Origin: an uncultured Gammaproteobacteria bacterium
Lineage (GTDB): Bacteria; Pseudomonadota; Gammaproteobacteria; Steroidobacterales; Steroidobacteraceae
Length of the DNA: 64,000 bases
Assembly: GCA_963712815.1 (NCBI GenBank)
Contig: CAVQJL010000012.1
Coordinates: 925,027 to 989,026 of the forward strand
Direction of reading: 5' to 3'
Of this stretch, positions 12,800 to 23,179 are shown in pieces. How positions within the stretch are numbered: position 1 is the stretch's first letter; every line of letters begins with the position of its first letter. The position numbers and the translations under genes are program-made. The notes under the pieces were generated by a model, which was not told the origin of the DNA, did not search any database, and was given only the letters and a program-made list of their open reading frames with translations.

Positions 12800-15580
12800 A
12801 TGACCACCAGTGAACGAAAATGGGTGTATGCGTTCGAGACCGGCGACGGCAGGAACAAGATGCTGCTCGGCGGCAAGGGCGCCAATCTCTGCGAGATGAC
12901 GCGCATCGGGCTGAACGTCCCTCCCGGGTTCGTGATCACCACCGAGGCCTGCCTGGCCTACCTCGAGGACACCCAGCGCCGGCTGCCCGAGGGCACGATG
13001 GACGAAGTGCGCGCCCACATGCGGGCGCTCGAGCAGAAGACCGGCAAGAAATTCGGCGGCAGCGACGACCCGCTGCTGGTCTCGGTGCGCTCGGGCTCGG
13101 CCATGTCCATGCCCGGCATGATGGACACGATCCTGAACCTCGGCCTCAACGAGACCACGCTCGCCGCGCTCATCCGCCGCACCGGCAACGAGCGCTTCGG
13201 GTACGACGCGTGGCGACGCTTCGTCCAGTTGTTCGGCAAGGTCGCCCTCGGCGTGCCGGATGCCGCGTTCGACGAGCAGTTCGAGGCCGTCAAGGCGCGC
13301 GTCGGCGTCAAGCAGGACGTGATGCTCGGCCCCGACGACCTGCGCGACATCGGCGAGCGGTTCCTCAAGGTCGTTCAGCAGCACACCGGGCGGCCCTTCC
13401 CGGCCGACCCCTACGAACAGCTCGAGATCGCGATCAAGGCGGTGTTCAACTCGTGGATGGGCAAGCGCGCCATCGACTACCGGCGCGAGTTCAGGATCAC
13501 GCCTGCCATGGCGAACGGCACGGCGGTGAACGTCGTCACCATGGTGTTCGGCAACATGGGCAACGACAGCGCCACCGGCGTGGGCTTCACGCGTAACCCC
13601 GCGACCGGCGAGAACCAGATCTACGGCGAGTACCTCACCAACGCGCAGGGCGAGGACGTGGTGGCCGGCATCCGCACCCCGAAGCCCATTGCCGACCTCT
13701 CGATGGAGATGCCGGCGATCTACACGCAGCTCGTGGACCTGCGCAATCGCCTCGAGCGGCACTACCGCGAGGTGCAGGACTTCGAGTTCACCATCGAGCG
13801 CGGCACCCTCTACTGCCTGCAGACGCGCAACGGCAAGATGAACGCGGCCTCCATGGTGCGCACCTCGGTCGAGATGCACGAAGAAGGGCTGCTGTCGCGC
13901 GAGGACGCGATCCTGCGCGTCAACCCCGCGCACCTCGAGCAGATGCTGTTCCCGCGCCTCGATCCCAGGCACAAGGCTCAGCCGCTCGCGACCGGCCTGC
14001 CGGCCTCGCCGGGCGCGGCGAGCGGCCAGGCGGTGTTCGACGCCGACCGCGCCGAGACGCTCGGCCGGCAGGGATCGAAGGTCATCCTGGTGCGCGAGGA
14101 GACCAAGCCCGAGGACATCCACGGCTTCTTCGCGTCGCAGGGCATCCTGACGAGCCGCGGCGGCAAGACCTCGCACGCGGCGGTGGTGGCCCGCGGCATG
14201 GGCAAGCCCTGCGTGGCGGGCGCCGAGGGCATCCACGTGGACGTCTCCGCCCGCCTCGCGTTCGTCGGCGACCAGGTCATCAAGGAAGGCGACGTGATCA
14301 CCATCGACGGCAGCAACGGCCGCGTGTTCCGCGGCGAAGTACCGACGGTCGAGGCGGATTTCTCGCCCGCTCTCGTGAAGCTGCTCAGCTGGGCGGACGC
14401 GTTCTCGCGACTCGGCGTCCGCGCCAACGCCGACACGCCCGACGACGCGGCCCGCGCCATCCGCTACGGCGCGAAGGGCATCGGCCTGTGCCGCACCGAG
14501 CGCATGTTCAACGCCGCCGACCGGCTGCCCGTCGTGGTGGACATGATCGTGGCCGACACCCCGGAGGAGCGGCGCGCTGCGCTCGATCGCCTGTTGCCGA
14601 TCCAGCGCGCCGACTTCGCCGGGATATTCAAGGCGATGGCCCCGCACCCGGTCACCATCCGCCTGCTCGACCCGCCGATCCACGAGTTCCTGCCGACCGA
14701 GCGGCAGCTCGAGGAGGACATCGCGCTGCTCAACGAACTGCGCGGTGCCGCTCGCGGCATGGAGGTGCTCACCGAGGCGGCGCGGGCCGTGTCCGCGGAC
14801 GGCAAGCTGCCGGCGACGCTGCGCGACCTCGCCGAGACCCGGCTGATCGACAGCGTCGTCGCGCGCAAGGAAGCCGTGCTGCGCAAGGCGCGCGCGCTGC
14901 GCGAGGTGAACCCGATGCTCGGGCACCGCGGCGTGCGCCTGGGGCTCACCTACCCCGAGATCTACACCATGCAGATCCGCGCGGTGCTCGAGGCCGCGGC
15001 CAACTGCATCCGCGCGGGCATCGAGGTGTACCCCGAGATCATGGTGCCGCAGGTCTGCACCGCGCAGGAGCTCAAGCTGGTGCGCGACTACATGACCGCC
15101 GTGCAGCGCGAGGTCGAGATCACCTACGGCGTGCCCGTGCCCTGCAAGTTCGGTACCATGATCGAGGTGGTGCGCGCCTGCATGCGCGCCGAGAACCTCG
15201 CCGAGGTCGCCGAGTTCTTCTCCTTCGGCACCAACGACCTGACCCAGGCCACGTTCTCGTTCTCGCGCGAGGACGCCGAGAACAAGTTCCTGCCCATGTA
15301 CAACGAACGAGGCATCCTGCAGGACAACCCGTTCGAGGTGCTCGACGTGAAGGGCGTGGGGCGGCTCATGGCGCTCGCGGTCGACTGGGGCCGCGCGAGC
15401 CGCGCCGGACTCAAGGTCGGCATCTGCGGCGAGCACGGCGGCCATCCGGCCTCGATCCGCTTCTGCGACTCGATCGGGCTCGACTACGTGTCGTGCTCAG
15501 CGCCGCGAGTGCCGATCGCGCGGCTGGCGGCGGCGCACGCGGCGATCGCGGGGGCGGTGGCGGCGGACAAGGCGGCCTGA
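12800..15580 (+). CDS. ppdK: Pyruvate, phosphate dikinase
   Basis: Start is MTTSERKWVYAFETG. It has LLGGKGANLCEM, the phospho-His loop GGKTSHAAVVARGMG, and the PEP-utilising C-terminal GICGEHGG. Confidence 0.93.
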   Translation: MTTSERKWVYAFETGDGRNKMLLGGKGANLCEMTRIGLNVPPGFVITTEACLAYLEDTQRRLPEGTMDEVRAHMRALEQKTGKKFGGSDDPLLVSVRSGSAMSMPGMMDTILNLGLNETTLAALIRRTGNERFGYDAWRRFVQLFGKVALGVPDAAFDEQFEAVKARVGVKQDVMLGPDDLRDIGERFLKVVQQHTGRPFPADPYEQLEIAIKAVFNSWMGKRAIDYRREFRITPAMANGTAVNVVTMVFGNMGNDSATGVGFTRNPATGENQIYGEYLTNAQGEDVVAGIRTPKPIADLSMEMPAIYTQLVDLRNRLERHYREVQDFEFTIERGTLYCLQTRNGKMNAASMVRTSVEMHEEGLLSREDAILRVNPAHLEQMLFPRLDPRHKAQPLATGLPASPGAASGQAVFDADRAETLGRQGSKVILVREETKPEDIHGFFASQGILTSRGGKTSHAAVVARGMGKPCVAGAEGIHVDVSARLAFVGDQVIKEGDVITIDGSNGRVFRGEVPTVEADFSPALVKLLSWADAFSRLGVRANADTPDDAARAIRYGAKGIGLCRTERMFNAADRLPVVVDMIVADTPEERRAALDRLLPIQRADFAGIFKAMAPHPVTIRLLDPPIHEFLPTERQLEEDIALLNELRGAARGMEVLTEAARAVSADGKLPATLRDLAETRLIDSVVARKEAVLRKARALREVNPMLGHRGVRLGLTYPEIYTMQIRAVLEAAANCIRAGIEVYPEIMVPQVCTAQELKLVRDYMTAVQREVEITYGVPVPCKFGTMIEVVRACMRAENLAEVAEFFSFGTNDLTQATFSFSREDAENKFLPMYNERGILQDNPFEVLDVKGVGRLMALAVDWGRASRAGLKVGICGEHGGHPASIRFCDSIGLDYVSCSAPRVPIARLAAAHAAIAGAVAADKAA

Positions 15581-15596
15581 TCCAGCACAAGGAGCA

Positions 15597-16223
15597 ATGC
15601 GCATGAGACTACCGATCTTTCTCCTGGCTTCGGGCCTGCTGATCGCCGCGGCCCCGGCCGGGGCCGTCGACCGCGGCTTCTACGCCGGCGCCGGCCTCGG
15701 CCAGATGAACACCGAGGTGGACGACGTACTCGGCCTGAACTATGACTTCGACGAGGATGACACCGGGTTCAAGGTGTTCGGCGGCTACCGGTTCTTCCCG
15801 TGGCTGAGCGTCGAGGGCGCGTACATCGACGGCGGAAACCCGTCGATCAAGGAGTCCGAAGGCGGCGACACGGTGAAACTCGGCATCGATGTGCAGAGCC
15901 TCGTGGCGGCAGCCGTATTCGCGCTTCCGATCGGCGAGCGCTTCGAGCTGTTCGTCAAACCGGGCATCGCCTACTGGGACGCCGAGACGAGCCTGAGTTT
16001 CAGTTCCCAGACCTTCTCGGACAGCTTCAGGGAGGACGACGACGGCAGCGCGTTCTTCCTGGGTGCCGGCGCAGGATTCGACGTTACCGAAAATTTCGGG
16101 CTGCGCCTCGAATACGAGTGGTTCGAAGTGGCACCGGAGTGGGACAGCGACAACGACGAATTCATCGACGAGCTGGATGCCAACGCGGGCTTCTTCTCGG
16201 CGAGCTTCCTCTTCAGGTTCTAG
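15597..16223 (+). CDS. Small outer-membrane beta-barrel protein (OmpA-barrel/OprF-N-like)
   Basis: AAGGAG RBS and a signal peptide are present. It shows alternating aromatic/Gly beta-strand patterns and the terminal sequence SASFLFRF. Confidence 0.7.
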   Translation: MRMRLPIFLLASGLLIAAAPAGAVDRGFYAGAGLGQMNTEVDDVLGLNYDFDEDDTGFKVFGGYRFFPWLSVEGAYIDGGNPSIKESEGGDTVKLGIDVQSLVAAAVFALPIGERFELFVKPGIAYWDAETSLSFSSQTFSDSFREDDDGSAFFLGAGAGFDVTENFGLRLEYEWFEVAPEWDSDNDEFIDELDANAGFFSASFLFRF

Positions 16224-16248
16224 GCGCTGCCGTACCGTCGGCCGATCC

Positions 16249-16275
16249 GCACGGGGGCAAGCCCCCCCGTGTGCG
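16249..16275 (+). terminator. GC-rich hairpin after the OMP gene (possible terminator, no T-run)
   Basis: GCACGGGGG-CAAG-CCCCC(CC)GTG(TG)C lies 26 nt after the stop at 16223. Confidence 0.3.
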
Positions 16276-16346
16276 CCGTCCACCGCGTTGAGTTGCAGAC
16301 GGCAAGCGATCATGCTCTCCGGCCAAATGCACGTGCCCCGCGGTTC

Positions 16347-16673
16347 ATGACTTCCACCGGACACAGCCGGCATCGCGCGGACTTCAGGATCGATCCTGAC
16401 CATCCCGCCCTTCCTGGACACTTTCCCGGCCGACCGGTAGTGCCAGGCGTGCTGTTGCTGGACGGCGTCATCGAGACCGCCGCCCGCTGGCTCGGCGTTC
16501 CGATCCAAGTGCGCAGCCTGCGCCAGGCGAAGTTCATTTCGCCGCTCCTGCCGGGCGAGGTGGCATGTATCGAGCTGGCGCTGGCCGGCGATTCGATCGA
16601 CTTCGCCGTCCAGCGCGACGGCACGATTGTCGCGAAGGGCTGCCTGGTCCTCCACCAGGCGATCGATTCGTGA
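16347..16673 (+). CDS. Hotdog-fold (FabA/FabZ-like) dehydratase, first gene of the APE cluster
   Basis: It has the HPALPGHFPGRPVVPGVLLL motif typical of FabZ-like dehydratases. Its stop overlaps the next start (GTGA). Confidence 0.75.
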   Translation: MTSTGHSRHRADFRIDPDHPALPGHFPGRPVVPGVLLLDGVIETAARWLGVPIQVRSLRQAKFISPLLPGEVACIELALAGDSIDFAVQRDGTIVAKGCLVLHQAIDS

Positions 16674-17626
16674 CGAAAGCCTGGCTCGAACGACCCGAAG
16701 GGGGCAGCGCCTGGGCCCTGAAGCTGATCCTCCTCGTCGCCTTGCGACTGGGGCGGTCCGTCTCCCGGCTGGTCCTCGTCCCGATCACCTGCTATTTCCT
16801 GGCGCGCCGGGCACCGGAACGCCGGGCCTCGCGTGAATACCTGACGCGCATATTCGGCCGCGCGCCCACCTGGCTCGAGGTGGCGAGACACTTCCACACC
16901 TTCGCGGGCGTGACGCTCGACCGCGTCTACTACCTCACGCAAAGACCGGATTATTTCGACACCCGACTCGTCGGCATCGAGCAACTGCATCACGCGATGG
17001 ACCTCGGGCGGGGCGTGCTGCTGATCGGCGCGCACGTGGGCAGCTTCGACGCCTTGCGCGCCACGAGCACGCTGCGGCCCGACGTCACCGTGAGGGTGGT
17101 GCTCGACGCCGAGCACAGCCCGATCCTCTCGGCCCTGCTGCGGCAACTCAACCCGAAGATCGCCGAGGGCATCATCAATCCGCGACAGGACGGCACGGCG
17201 GTCGCGCTCGAGATCGGCGCAGCCCTGAACTCCGGTGCGCTGGTGACGATGCTCGGCGACCGCGGCCGCCCCGGCAATGCGACGGTCAGCGCGGAGTTCC
17301 TGGGCAGCCCGGCCGAGTTTCCGACGGCGCCGTGGCAGATCGCCGCGGCATTGCACGTGCCCGTCGTGCTCTGCGCCGGGCTGTATCGCGGCGGTCGGCG
17401 CTACGACCTGCACTTCGAGCTGGTCGCCGAGCGGCTGCACGTGGAGCGCAGCCATCGCCAGCAGCAGCTGCGCGTGCTCGTCCAGGACTACGCCGACCGG
17501 CTGGCAGCGCTGCTGCGCTCGGCCCCGTACAATTGGTTCAACTTCTATGACTTCTGGAACCAACCCGGTCCCGGCGATCGTCGCCGCCCTGCTGGCGCTC
17601 GCGACGGTCACGCTGCAGGCGGCTGA
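16670..17626 (+). CDS. Lipid A biosynthesis (LpxL/HtrB)-like lauroyl/late acyltransferase family protein
   Basis: GTG start overlaps the upstream stop. The translation contains ...LLIGAHVGSFD... and ends ...PYNWFNFYDFW, typical of APE/xanthomonadin cluster acyltransferases. The 3' end overlaps the next gene by 80 nt. Confidence 0.7.
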   Translation: MTKAWLERPEGGSAWALKLILLVALRLGRSVSRLVLVPITCYFLARRAPERRASREYLTRIFGRAPTWLEVARHFHTFAGVTLDRVYYLTQRPDYFDTRLVGIEQLHHAMDLGRGVLLIGAHVGSFDALRATSTLRPDVTVRVVLDAEHSPILSALLRQLNPKIAEGIINPRQDGTAVALEIGAALNSGALVTMLGDRGRPGNATVSAEFLGSPAEFPTAPWQIAAALHVPVVLCAGLYRGGRRYDLHFELVAERLHVERSHRQQQLRVLVQDYADRLAALLRSAPYNWFNFYDFWNQPGPGDRRRPAGARDGHAAGG

Positions 17627-18200
17627 GCTCGATGGCGAGGCGCTGATCGCCAGCCTGGCCCGTCCGGCGCCGGAGTCGACCGGATTCGTCGAGGTGCGCC
17701 ACTCGGCGCTGCTCGTCGAGCCGATGGTGGTCGCGGGACATCTCGAGCATCGCGTCGACGGCACGCTCGTGCGCCGCGTCGAGTCCCCCTTCCAAGAGAC
17801 CACGGAGCTGCGTGGCGAGAACGTCGTGGTCGAGCGCGAGGGCAACCGTCCGCGACGGTTCTCGCTCGATCGCGCTCCCGGGCTGCGCGGTATGCTCGCG
17901 AGCTTCGGATCGCTGCTCTCCGGCGACGCCGCCACGCTCAGGCGACATTTCGTCGTCGCCGTCAGCGGCGAGGCGGACCGCTGGCAGATCGAGCTGACGC
18001 CGCGGGACGACAGGCTGCGAGCACGCCTCGCCAGGATCGTGGTGGACGGCACCGCAGACCGCGCCTCCTGCTTCACGCTCACCGAGCCCGACGGCGATTC
18101 GACGATCATGGCGATCGGCGTGGACGACCGGGCCGCGCTGCCAGCCTCGCTCGAGCGCGACGCCCTCCGGGCGTGGTGCGCCGGCGCGGCGGGGCGCTGA
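17547..18200 (+). CDS. LolA-like outer-membrane lipoprotein-carrier family protein
   Basis: It has a signal peptide (MTSGTNPVPAIVAALLALATVTLQA). Size and position immediately upstream of the MMPL exporter match APE clusters. Confidence 0.65.
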   Translation: MTSGTNPVPAIVAALLALATVTLQAAELDGEALIASLARPAPESTGFVEVRHSALLVEPMVVAGHLEHRVDGTLVRRVESPFQETTELRGENVVVEREGNRPRRFSLDRAPGLRGMLASFGSLLSGDAATLRRHFVVAVSGEADRWQIELTPRDDRLRARLARIVVDGTADRASCFTLTEPDGDSTIMAIGVDDRAALPASLERDALRAWCAGAAGR

Positions 18201-18205
18201 AGCGG

Positions 18206-20525
18206 ATGTCGCCCGCCGGACGGGGCCTGCTGCTCGCCGCCTGGATCGCCGTGCTCGCCCTGTTCGGCGGACTCGTCGAACGCAGGCTCGAGGTCGGGAC
18301 GGACTTGCGGCTGTTCATGCCGACGCCGCGCACGACGCAGGAGCGGCTGGTGCTCGAGGAGATCGGCGAGGGTCCGGCGTCGCGCCTGCTGCTGCTCGCC
18401 ATCAACGGCCCGGACCCGGCGGCAGCGGCGACCACCTCCAGCGCACTCGTCGCCCGCCTGCGGGGCAGCGAGCAGTTCCGGTGGGCCACCAACGGCGAGT
18501 CCGATGTCGGGAGCCTGCCCGAGGATCTGCTCGCCTACCGCTACCTGCTGTCACCGACCCTCGATGATCAGCGACTCGATGCGCCTTTCCTGCGGGCGCA
18601 GCTCGAGGAACGGCTGCGTGACCTCGCCTCGCCCGCCGCGGGCTTCCTGGAGCCGTGGCTGCCGCGCGACCCAACGCTCGAGCTGCTGAAGCTCGCCGAG
18701 TCGTGGCAACCATCGAGCCAGCCACATCTGCTGCACGACGTGTGGTTCGACTCGACCGGCCGGCAGGCGCTGCTTGTGGCTGAGACCCGCGCGGCCGGCT
18801 TCGATCCACAGGGCCAGCGCGAGGCCGCCGACGTGCTGCAGCGCTCCTTCGAACAGGTCCGCACCGATCCGGCGCTCGAGCTGGTGACGAGCGGCCCTGG
18901 CGCATTCTCGGTGCTGATGAAGGAACGCACCCAGCGCGAGGCGCAGAGGCTTGGGGGCCTCGCGACACTCGGCATGGCAGTGCTGCTGCTCGTCGCGTAC
19001 CGCAGTGCCTGGCTGCTCGTGCTCGGCCTGCTGCCGCTCGCCAGCGCCGGGCTGGCCGGCCTCGCGGCCGTGAGCACCGTGTTCGGTCCCGTGCATGGCA
19101 TCACGCTCGCGTTCGGCTTCACGCTGATCGGCGTGGCCCAGGACTATCCGATGCACCTCTTCAGCCACCAGCATGGCGGCGTCGACCCGCGCCACAACGT
19201 GCGCGCGCTCTGGCCGACGCTGGCCACGGGCGTCGCCAGCACCTGTGTCGCGTATCTCGCCTTCCTGTTCTCCGGCGTGCGCGGCCTGGCGCAGCTCTCG
19301 GTGTTCACGGTCGCCGGCCTCGCCGCCGCCGGCCTCACGACGCGCTTCCTGCTGCCCTTCCTCGTCCCTGTCCGGGGCACCGACGCCGCAGAGTCAGCGG
19401 CACTCGGACGGCTCTGGGATCGACTCGCAGGCTTGCCGCGCCCGCTGTGGCTCGGCGTGGGTGCCGCGGCGGCTTGCGTCGCGGTGCTCGCGCTGTCGCC
19501 GCGTCCGTTGTGGCAGGACGAGCTCGGCGGCCTGACGCCGGTGCCGCGGCACCTCATCGAGCAGGACTCGACCCTGCGCCGCGAGCTCGGTGCGCCCGAC
19601 GTGCGCTACCTGCTCCTGATCCAGGACCGGGATCCGCAGCAGGTTCTCGCGCGGGCGGCCGCGCTCGATCCGAAGCTCCAAGGACTGGTGGCGACCGGTG
19701 CGACTTGTGGGCTTCGATCATGCGGCGCGTTACCTGCCGACGCTCGAGCAGCAGGAGCGACGCCGGGCGGCCCTGCCGGCTCCGGTGGAGTTGCGGGACG
19801 CGCTCGATGCCGCCGCGGCCACCACCCCTTTCCGGCCCGGCGTGTTTGCGCCGTTTCTCGAGGACGTCGAGCGTGCCCGCCACCTGCGGGCACTCGGCCC
19901 GCAGGACCTCGCCGACACGCCGCTCGAGGCCCGCGTCGGCGGACTGCTGCTCGAGAGCGGGGCCCACTGGACGGGCATCGTCACGCTGACCGGGCTCACC
20001 GACCCCGCCTCGGTCGGGCGCGTCGTCGCCGACACCGACGGCGCGACGCTGCTCGACCTCAAGCAGGCCGCCGAGGACCTCGTCGCGAATCAGCGCACGC
20101 GGATCCTGTGGTGCCTCGCAGGCTCGGCCTTCCTGCTCGTGCTGGTGGTGTCCGTCGCGCTGCGCGACGCTGGACGCGTCTGGCGCGTGCTCGCACCGAT
20201 GGCCCTGACGACGCTGGTCGTGCTGGCTGCGCTGCACGCCAGCGGCCTGTCGCTCAGCCTGTTCCACCTGATTGCACTCGTGCTCGCGGCGGGACTCGGG
20301 CTCGATTACGCCCTGTTCTTCGAGCGCGCCGCCGACGACCCGGCGGAGCAGCGCCGGACGCTGCATGCGGTGCTGGTGTGCTCGCTGTCGACTCTGATGG
20401 TGTTTGCGCTGCTCGCCACGTCGAGCCTGCCCGTGCTGCGCGCCATCGGCGTCACGGTCTCGGTGGGAGTGGTCAGCAACTTCGTGCTGGCGCTGATGCT
20501 CACGCGTCCGGGGCGCGCCGCGTGA
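18206..20525 (+). pseudogene. MMPL/RND-superfamily exporter of the APE cluster, interrupted by an apparent +1 frameshift near 19703
   Basis: The N-terminal half is in the frame of 18206 (..LDPKLQGLVATGA). The C-terminal half (LVGFDHAARYLPTLEQQ...TM segments...LTRPGRAA) is in the frame of ORF 19698..20525. The original frame continues as Arg/Ala-rich nonsense. Confidence 0.8.
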
Positions 20526-20956
20526 CGATCGAGCCGCGCGTCGCGACGCTCGTGCCGCATGCCGGCAGGATGTGCCTGCTCGAGCGCATCGTGTCCTGGG
20601 ACGACAGCCGCGTGACCCTCGCCACGACCACGCATCGCGACCCCGCGAACCCGCTGGCGCGCGCCGGCCGGCTGCGCGCGATCCACCTCTGCGAGTACGG
20701 GGCCCAGGCCATGGCCGTGCACGGCGGCCTCGTGGCGACGGCACGGGGCGAGCGGTCGCGGCCGGGGCTGCTGGTCTCGCTGCGCGACGTCGTGCTGGCC
20801 TGCGACTACGTCGAGGACCTCGACGGCGAGCTGCTCGTCGAGGCCAGTCGCGTGCACGGGGGCGCCGAGGCCTGGCAGTACGACTTCCGGGTCTCGCATG
20901 CGGGCCGCCCGCTCGCTCACGGTCGCGCGATGGTCTCGCTCGGGTCGGCGACCTGA
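20522..20956 (+). CDS. Hotdog-fold dehydratase/thioesterase-like protein
   Basis: GTG overlaps the exporter stop (GTGA). The translation reads VTIEPRVATLVPHAGRMCLLERIVSWD..., typical of an APE-cluster hotdog protein. Confidence 0.65.
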   Translation: MTIEPRVATLVPHAGRMCLLERIVSWDDSRVTLATTTHRDPANPLARAGRLRAIHLCEYGAQAMAVHGGLVATARGERSRPGLLVSLRDVVLACDYVEDLDGELLVEASRVHGGAEAWQYDFRVSHAGRPLAHGRAMVSLGSAT

Positions 20957-20972
20957 GAATCGGAGCGCCCGC

Positions 20973-22580
20973 TCAGGCCGCAGTGTCGAACAGCAGGCTC
21001 GCTGGCGCCGAGGGTGATGCGTCGAGCAGCGCAAGCACCGCGTCGGCACGGAGGTTCGGGTGCCTGGCGCAGGCGGTCCCGACGATCTCACGCGCAAGCT
21101 GCCGCAGCAGCGACGTGGTCGTGCGCATGCGCAGCTTGAAGGCGTCGTCGTCCAGCGGGTCCCGCAGCCCGCGGTTGAGTTCGGCGAACCACTCGAGCCC
21201 GGCCTGATCGAGCAGCGTCGCCGGATTGCGATGGTCGCTGACGGCCGACCACTCCCTCAGGAAGTCCTGCATCGCGGCATTGAGGGCCTTGCTGCCCGCA
21301 AGCTCATCCCGCAGGCGCGACAGCATGGTGAGGTCGGCAAGCCGGCGCTGGAAGCACAACTGGCACAGCACGCCCCAGTAATACGCGTAGTCCCACATGA
21401 CCTTGACCGGAAGCACCTCCGGGTCGCCGAAGATCGCGTACTGGTTGCGGTACAGCGACATCGTGCTGTCGTAGAACGACATGAAGAACTGCTGGTAGAT
21501 GCGCGCGTAGGACGCAACCGGCTGGCCGGCGCGGTCGTGCGCGATCAGCTCCGTGATGTAGGTGTTGGCAATGGCGATGAAGTCGCTGCCCGGGGAATAG
21601 AACGGGTCCAGGAACACGCCCGCCTCGCCCGTCATCGCCCAGCGGTCGCCAGAGAAAACCTGCCTGCAGCCATGGGAAAAGTGCTTCAGGAACGCGAAGT
21701 CCTGCAGCAGGTGACGCTTCGACTCCAGGTCGTCCGCCAGGCGAGGCTGGAACTCCCGCAGCCACTCCATGGCCCGGGCGAAACTGTTGATGCGCTGCCA
21801 CGGGTGCAGGCGGCCGTCGGCGACGATGCCGACCGAATGGGAGCCCGAGGCCAGCGGGATCAGCCAGACCCAGTAGCCCTTGCCGACCAGGTGGTTGGTC
21901 GAGAGCCAGCGATCCGGCGGGTCGCAGCGCTCGAGCCAGGCACGGTCGTCCGACCACTCGTTGACGTCGATGCGGGCACCGATGCGGAACCAGCAGGCGT
22001 TCACGTCGTGGTCGTTCTCGACTTCCAGGTCGAGCTGGCGCTTGAGCAGGCCGGCGCGGCCCGAGGCGTCCACCACCCAGCGTGCATCGAACTCGAGTGG
22101 GGCGCCGTTGCGATCGCAGCGCACCCGGTGGACGTCGTCGCCCGCGCCGAAATCGACGCCGCGCACGGTGACGCCGTCCAGGAACCCGGCACCGGCCGCG
22201 CGCGCCCGCTCGCCGAGGAAGTTCTCGAAGATGCCGCGATCGATCTGGTAGCTGGGAGTCGAGAGGTAATGGCTCGCGCCGAGCTCGAGCACCTGCTCGA
22301 TGTCGCGCCGGCCCTCGGAGAAGAAGAAGCGAAAGCCGAACTTCTTCAGCTGACGGGCGACGAGGTGATCCTTCAGGCCCAGCACGGTGTCGAAATAGTG
22401 GGCGGCGATCTCCACCGACGACTCGCCCACCTTGTGCGTCGCCTCGGGCACGGGATGCCGCCGGCGCTCGAGCACCACCACCTCGACGTCAGGGAAACGC
22501 TGGCGCAGCTGCAGGGCCAGCGTCAGCCCCGCGAGCCCGCCGCCGAGGATGGCGACGTCCACGTGTTCCCGTCCGGCCAC
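20973..22580 (-). CDS. Flavin-dependent halogenase
   Basis: It has the FAD motif ILGGGLAGL, the WxWxIP motif GYWVWLIPL, and the FxxPxxSxG motif FLDPFYSPGSDF. Confidence 0.8.
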   Translation of the reverse strand: MAGREHVDVAILGGGLAGLTLALQLRQRFPDVEVVVLERRRHPVPEATHKVGESSVEIAAHYFDTVLGLKDHLVARQLKKFGFRFFFSEGRRDIEQVLELGASHYLSTPSYQIDRGIFENFLGERARAAGAGFLDGVTVRGVDFGAGDDVHRVRCDRNGAPLEFDARWVVDASGRAGLLKRQLDLEVENDHDVNACWFRIGARIDVNEWSDDRAWLERCDPPDRWLSTNHLVGKGYWVWLIPLASGSHSVGIVADGRLHPWQRINSFARAMEWLREFQPRLADDLESKRHLLQDFAFLKHFSHGCRQVFSGDRWAMTGEAGVFLDPFYSPGSDFIAIANTYITELIAHDRAGQPVASYARIYQQFFMSFYDSTMSLYRNQYAIFGDPEVLPVKVMWDYAYYWGVLCQLCFQRRLADLTMLSRLRDELAGSKALNAAMQDFLREWSAVSDHRNPATLLDQAGLEWFAELNRGLRDPLDDDAFKLRMRTTTSLLRQLAREIVGTACARHPNLRADAVLALLDASPSAPASLLFDTAA

Positions 22581-22597
22581 CCGCGTCTCCGGCCCGG

Positions 22598-23158
22598 TTA
22601 TTGCGGGTCGTACCCGGTCGGGCCGCCGACAGGCTGCTCGTAGTTCATGAGCAGGTACTTGTTCGTCAGCAGGACGATCCTGTGCATCATGTCCTTGTCC
22701 TGGCCGCCGACCGTCCAGGCTCCGCTCATGGCGGCGGCACGCTGGTAGAACTCGGGCTCGCCGAGCACGGTACCGCTCGGCTGCTCCACGATGCGCAGCT
22801 TAATCACGACGTACGAGTCGCCGGCAAACGCGCCGGCCCAGAATCGCGCCCCGCCACTGACGACCTTGAGCTTCTCGATGTGCGGCTCGAACAGCAGGGT
22901 CTGTCCCCGCGTGCTTCCCGCGGCGTCGGTGTTCCACTGCGCGATGATCGGGCCGGTCTCGTTGTTCATGTGTTCCTGGATCTTCCCCTTGGCCTTCTCC
23001 TTGCCGGCGTCGCCGGCAAGCGGCGGACCCATCGCGATCGGTGCCAGCTCATAGGCGTCGTAACCCCCCAGCGCATTCAGCGGCGGCGGATTCTGCGGCT
23101 CGGCGACGACCGCCGCACTGACCGTGAGCATCAGGATGCACGCGAAGATCATTCTCAT
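22598..23158 (-). CDS. Exported protein of unknown function
   Basis: It has a signal peptide (MRMIFACILMLTVSAAVVA). It is tightly packed between the CLF and halogenase genes. Confidence 0.6.
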   Translation of the reverse strand: MRMIFACILMLTVSAAVVAEPQNPPPLNALGGYDAYELAPIAMGPPLAGDAGKEKAKGKIQEHMNNETGPIIAQWNTDAAGSTRGQTLLFEPHIEKLKVVSGGARFWAGAFAGDSYVVIKLRIVEQPSGTVLGEPEFYQRAAAMSGAWTVGGQDKDMMHRIVLLTNKYLLMNYEQPVGGPTGYDPQ

Positions 23159-23179
23159 GGCCAGGGTTCTCCAGCCGAC

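Noticed and set aside
18173-20956. A single 927-aa ORF that could be read as an MMPL-hotdog fusion protein.
   Set aside because: Its middle third is out-of-frame nonsense, while the true exporter C-terminal half is readable in another frame (19698..20525). The hotdog gene has its own GTG overlapping the exporter stop.
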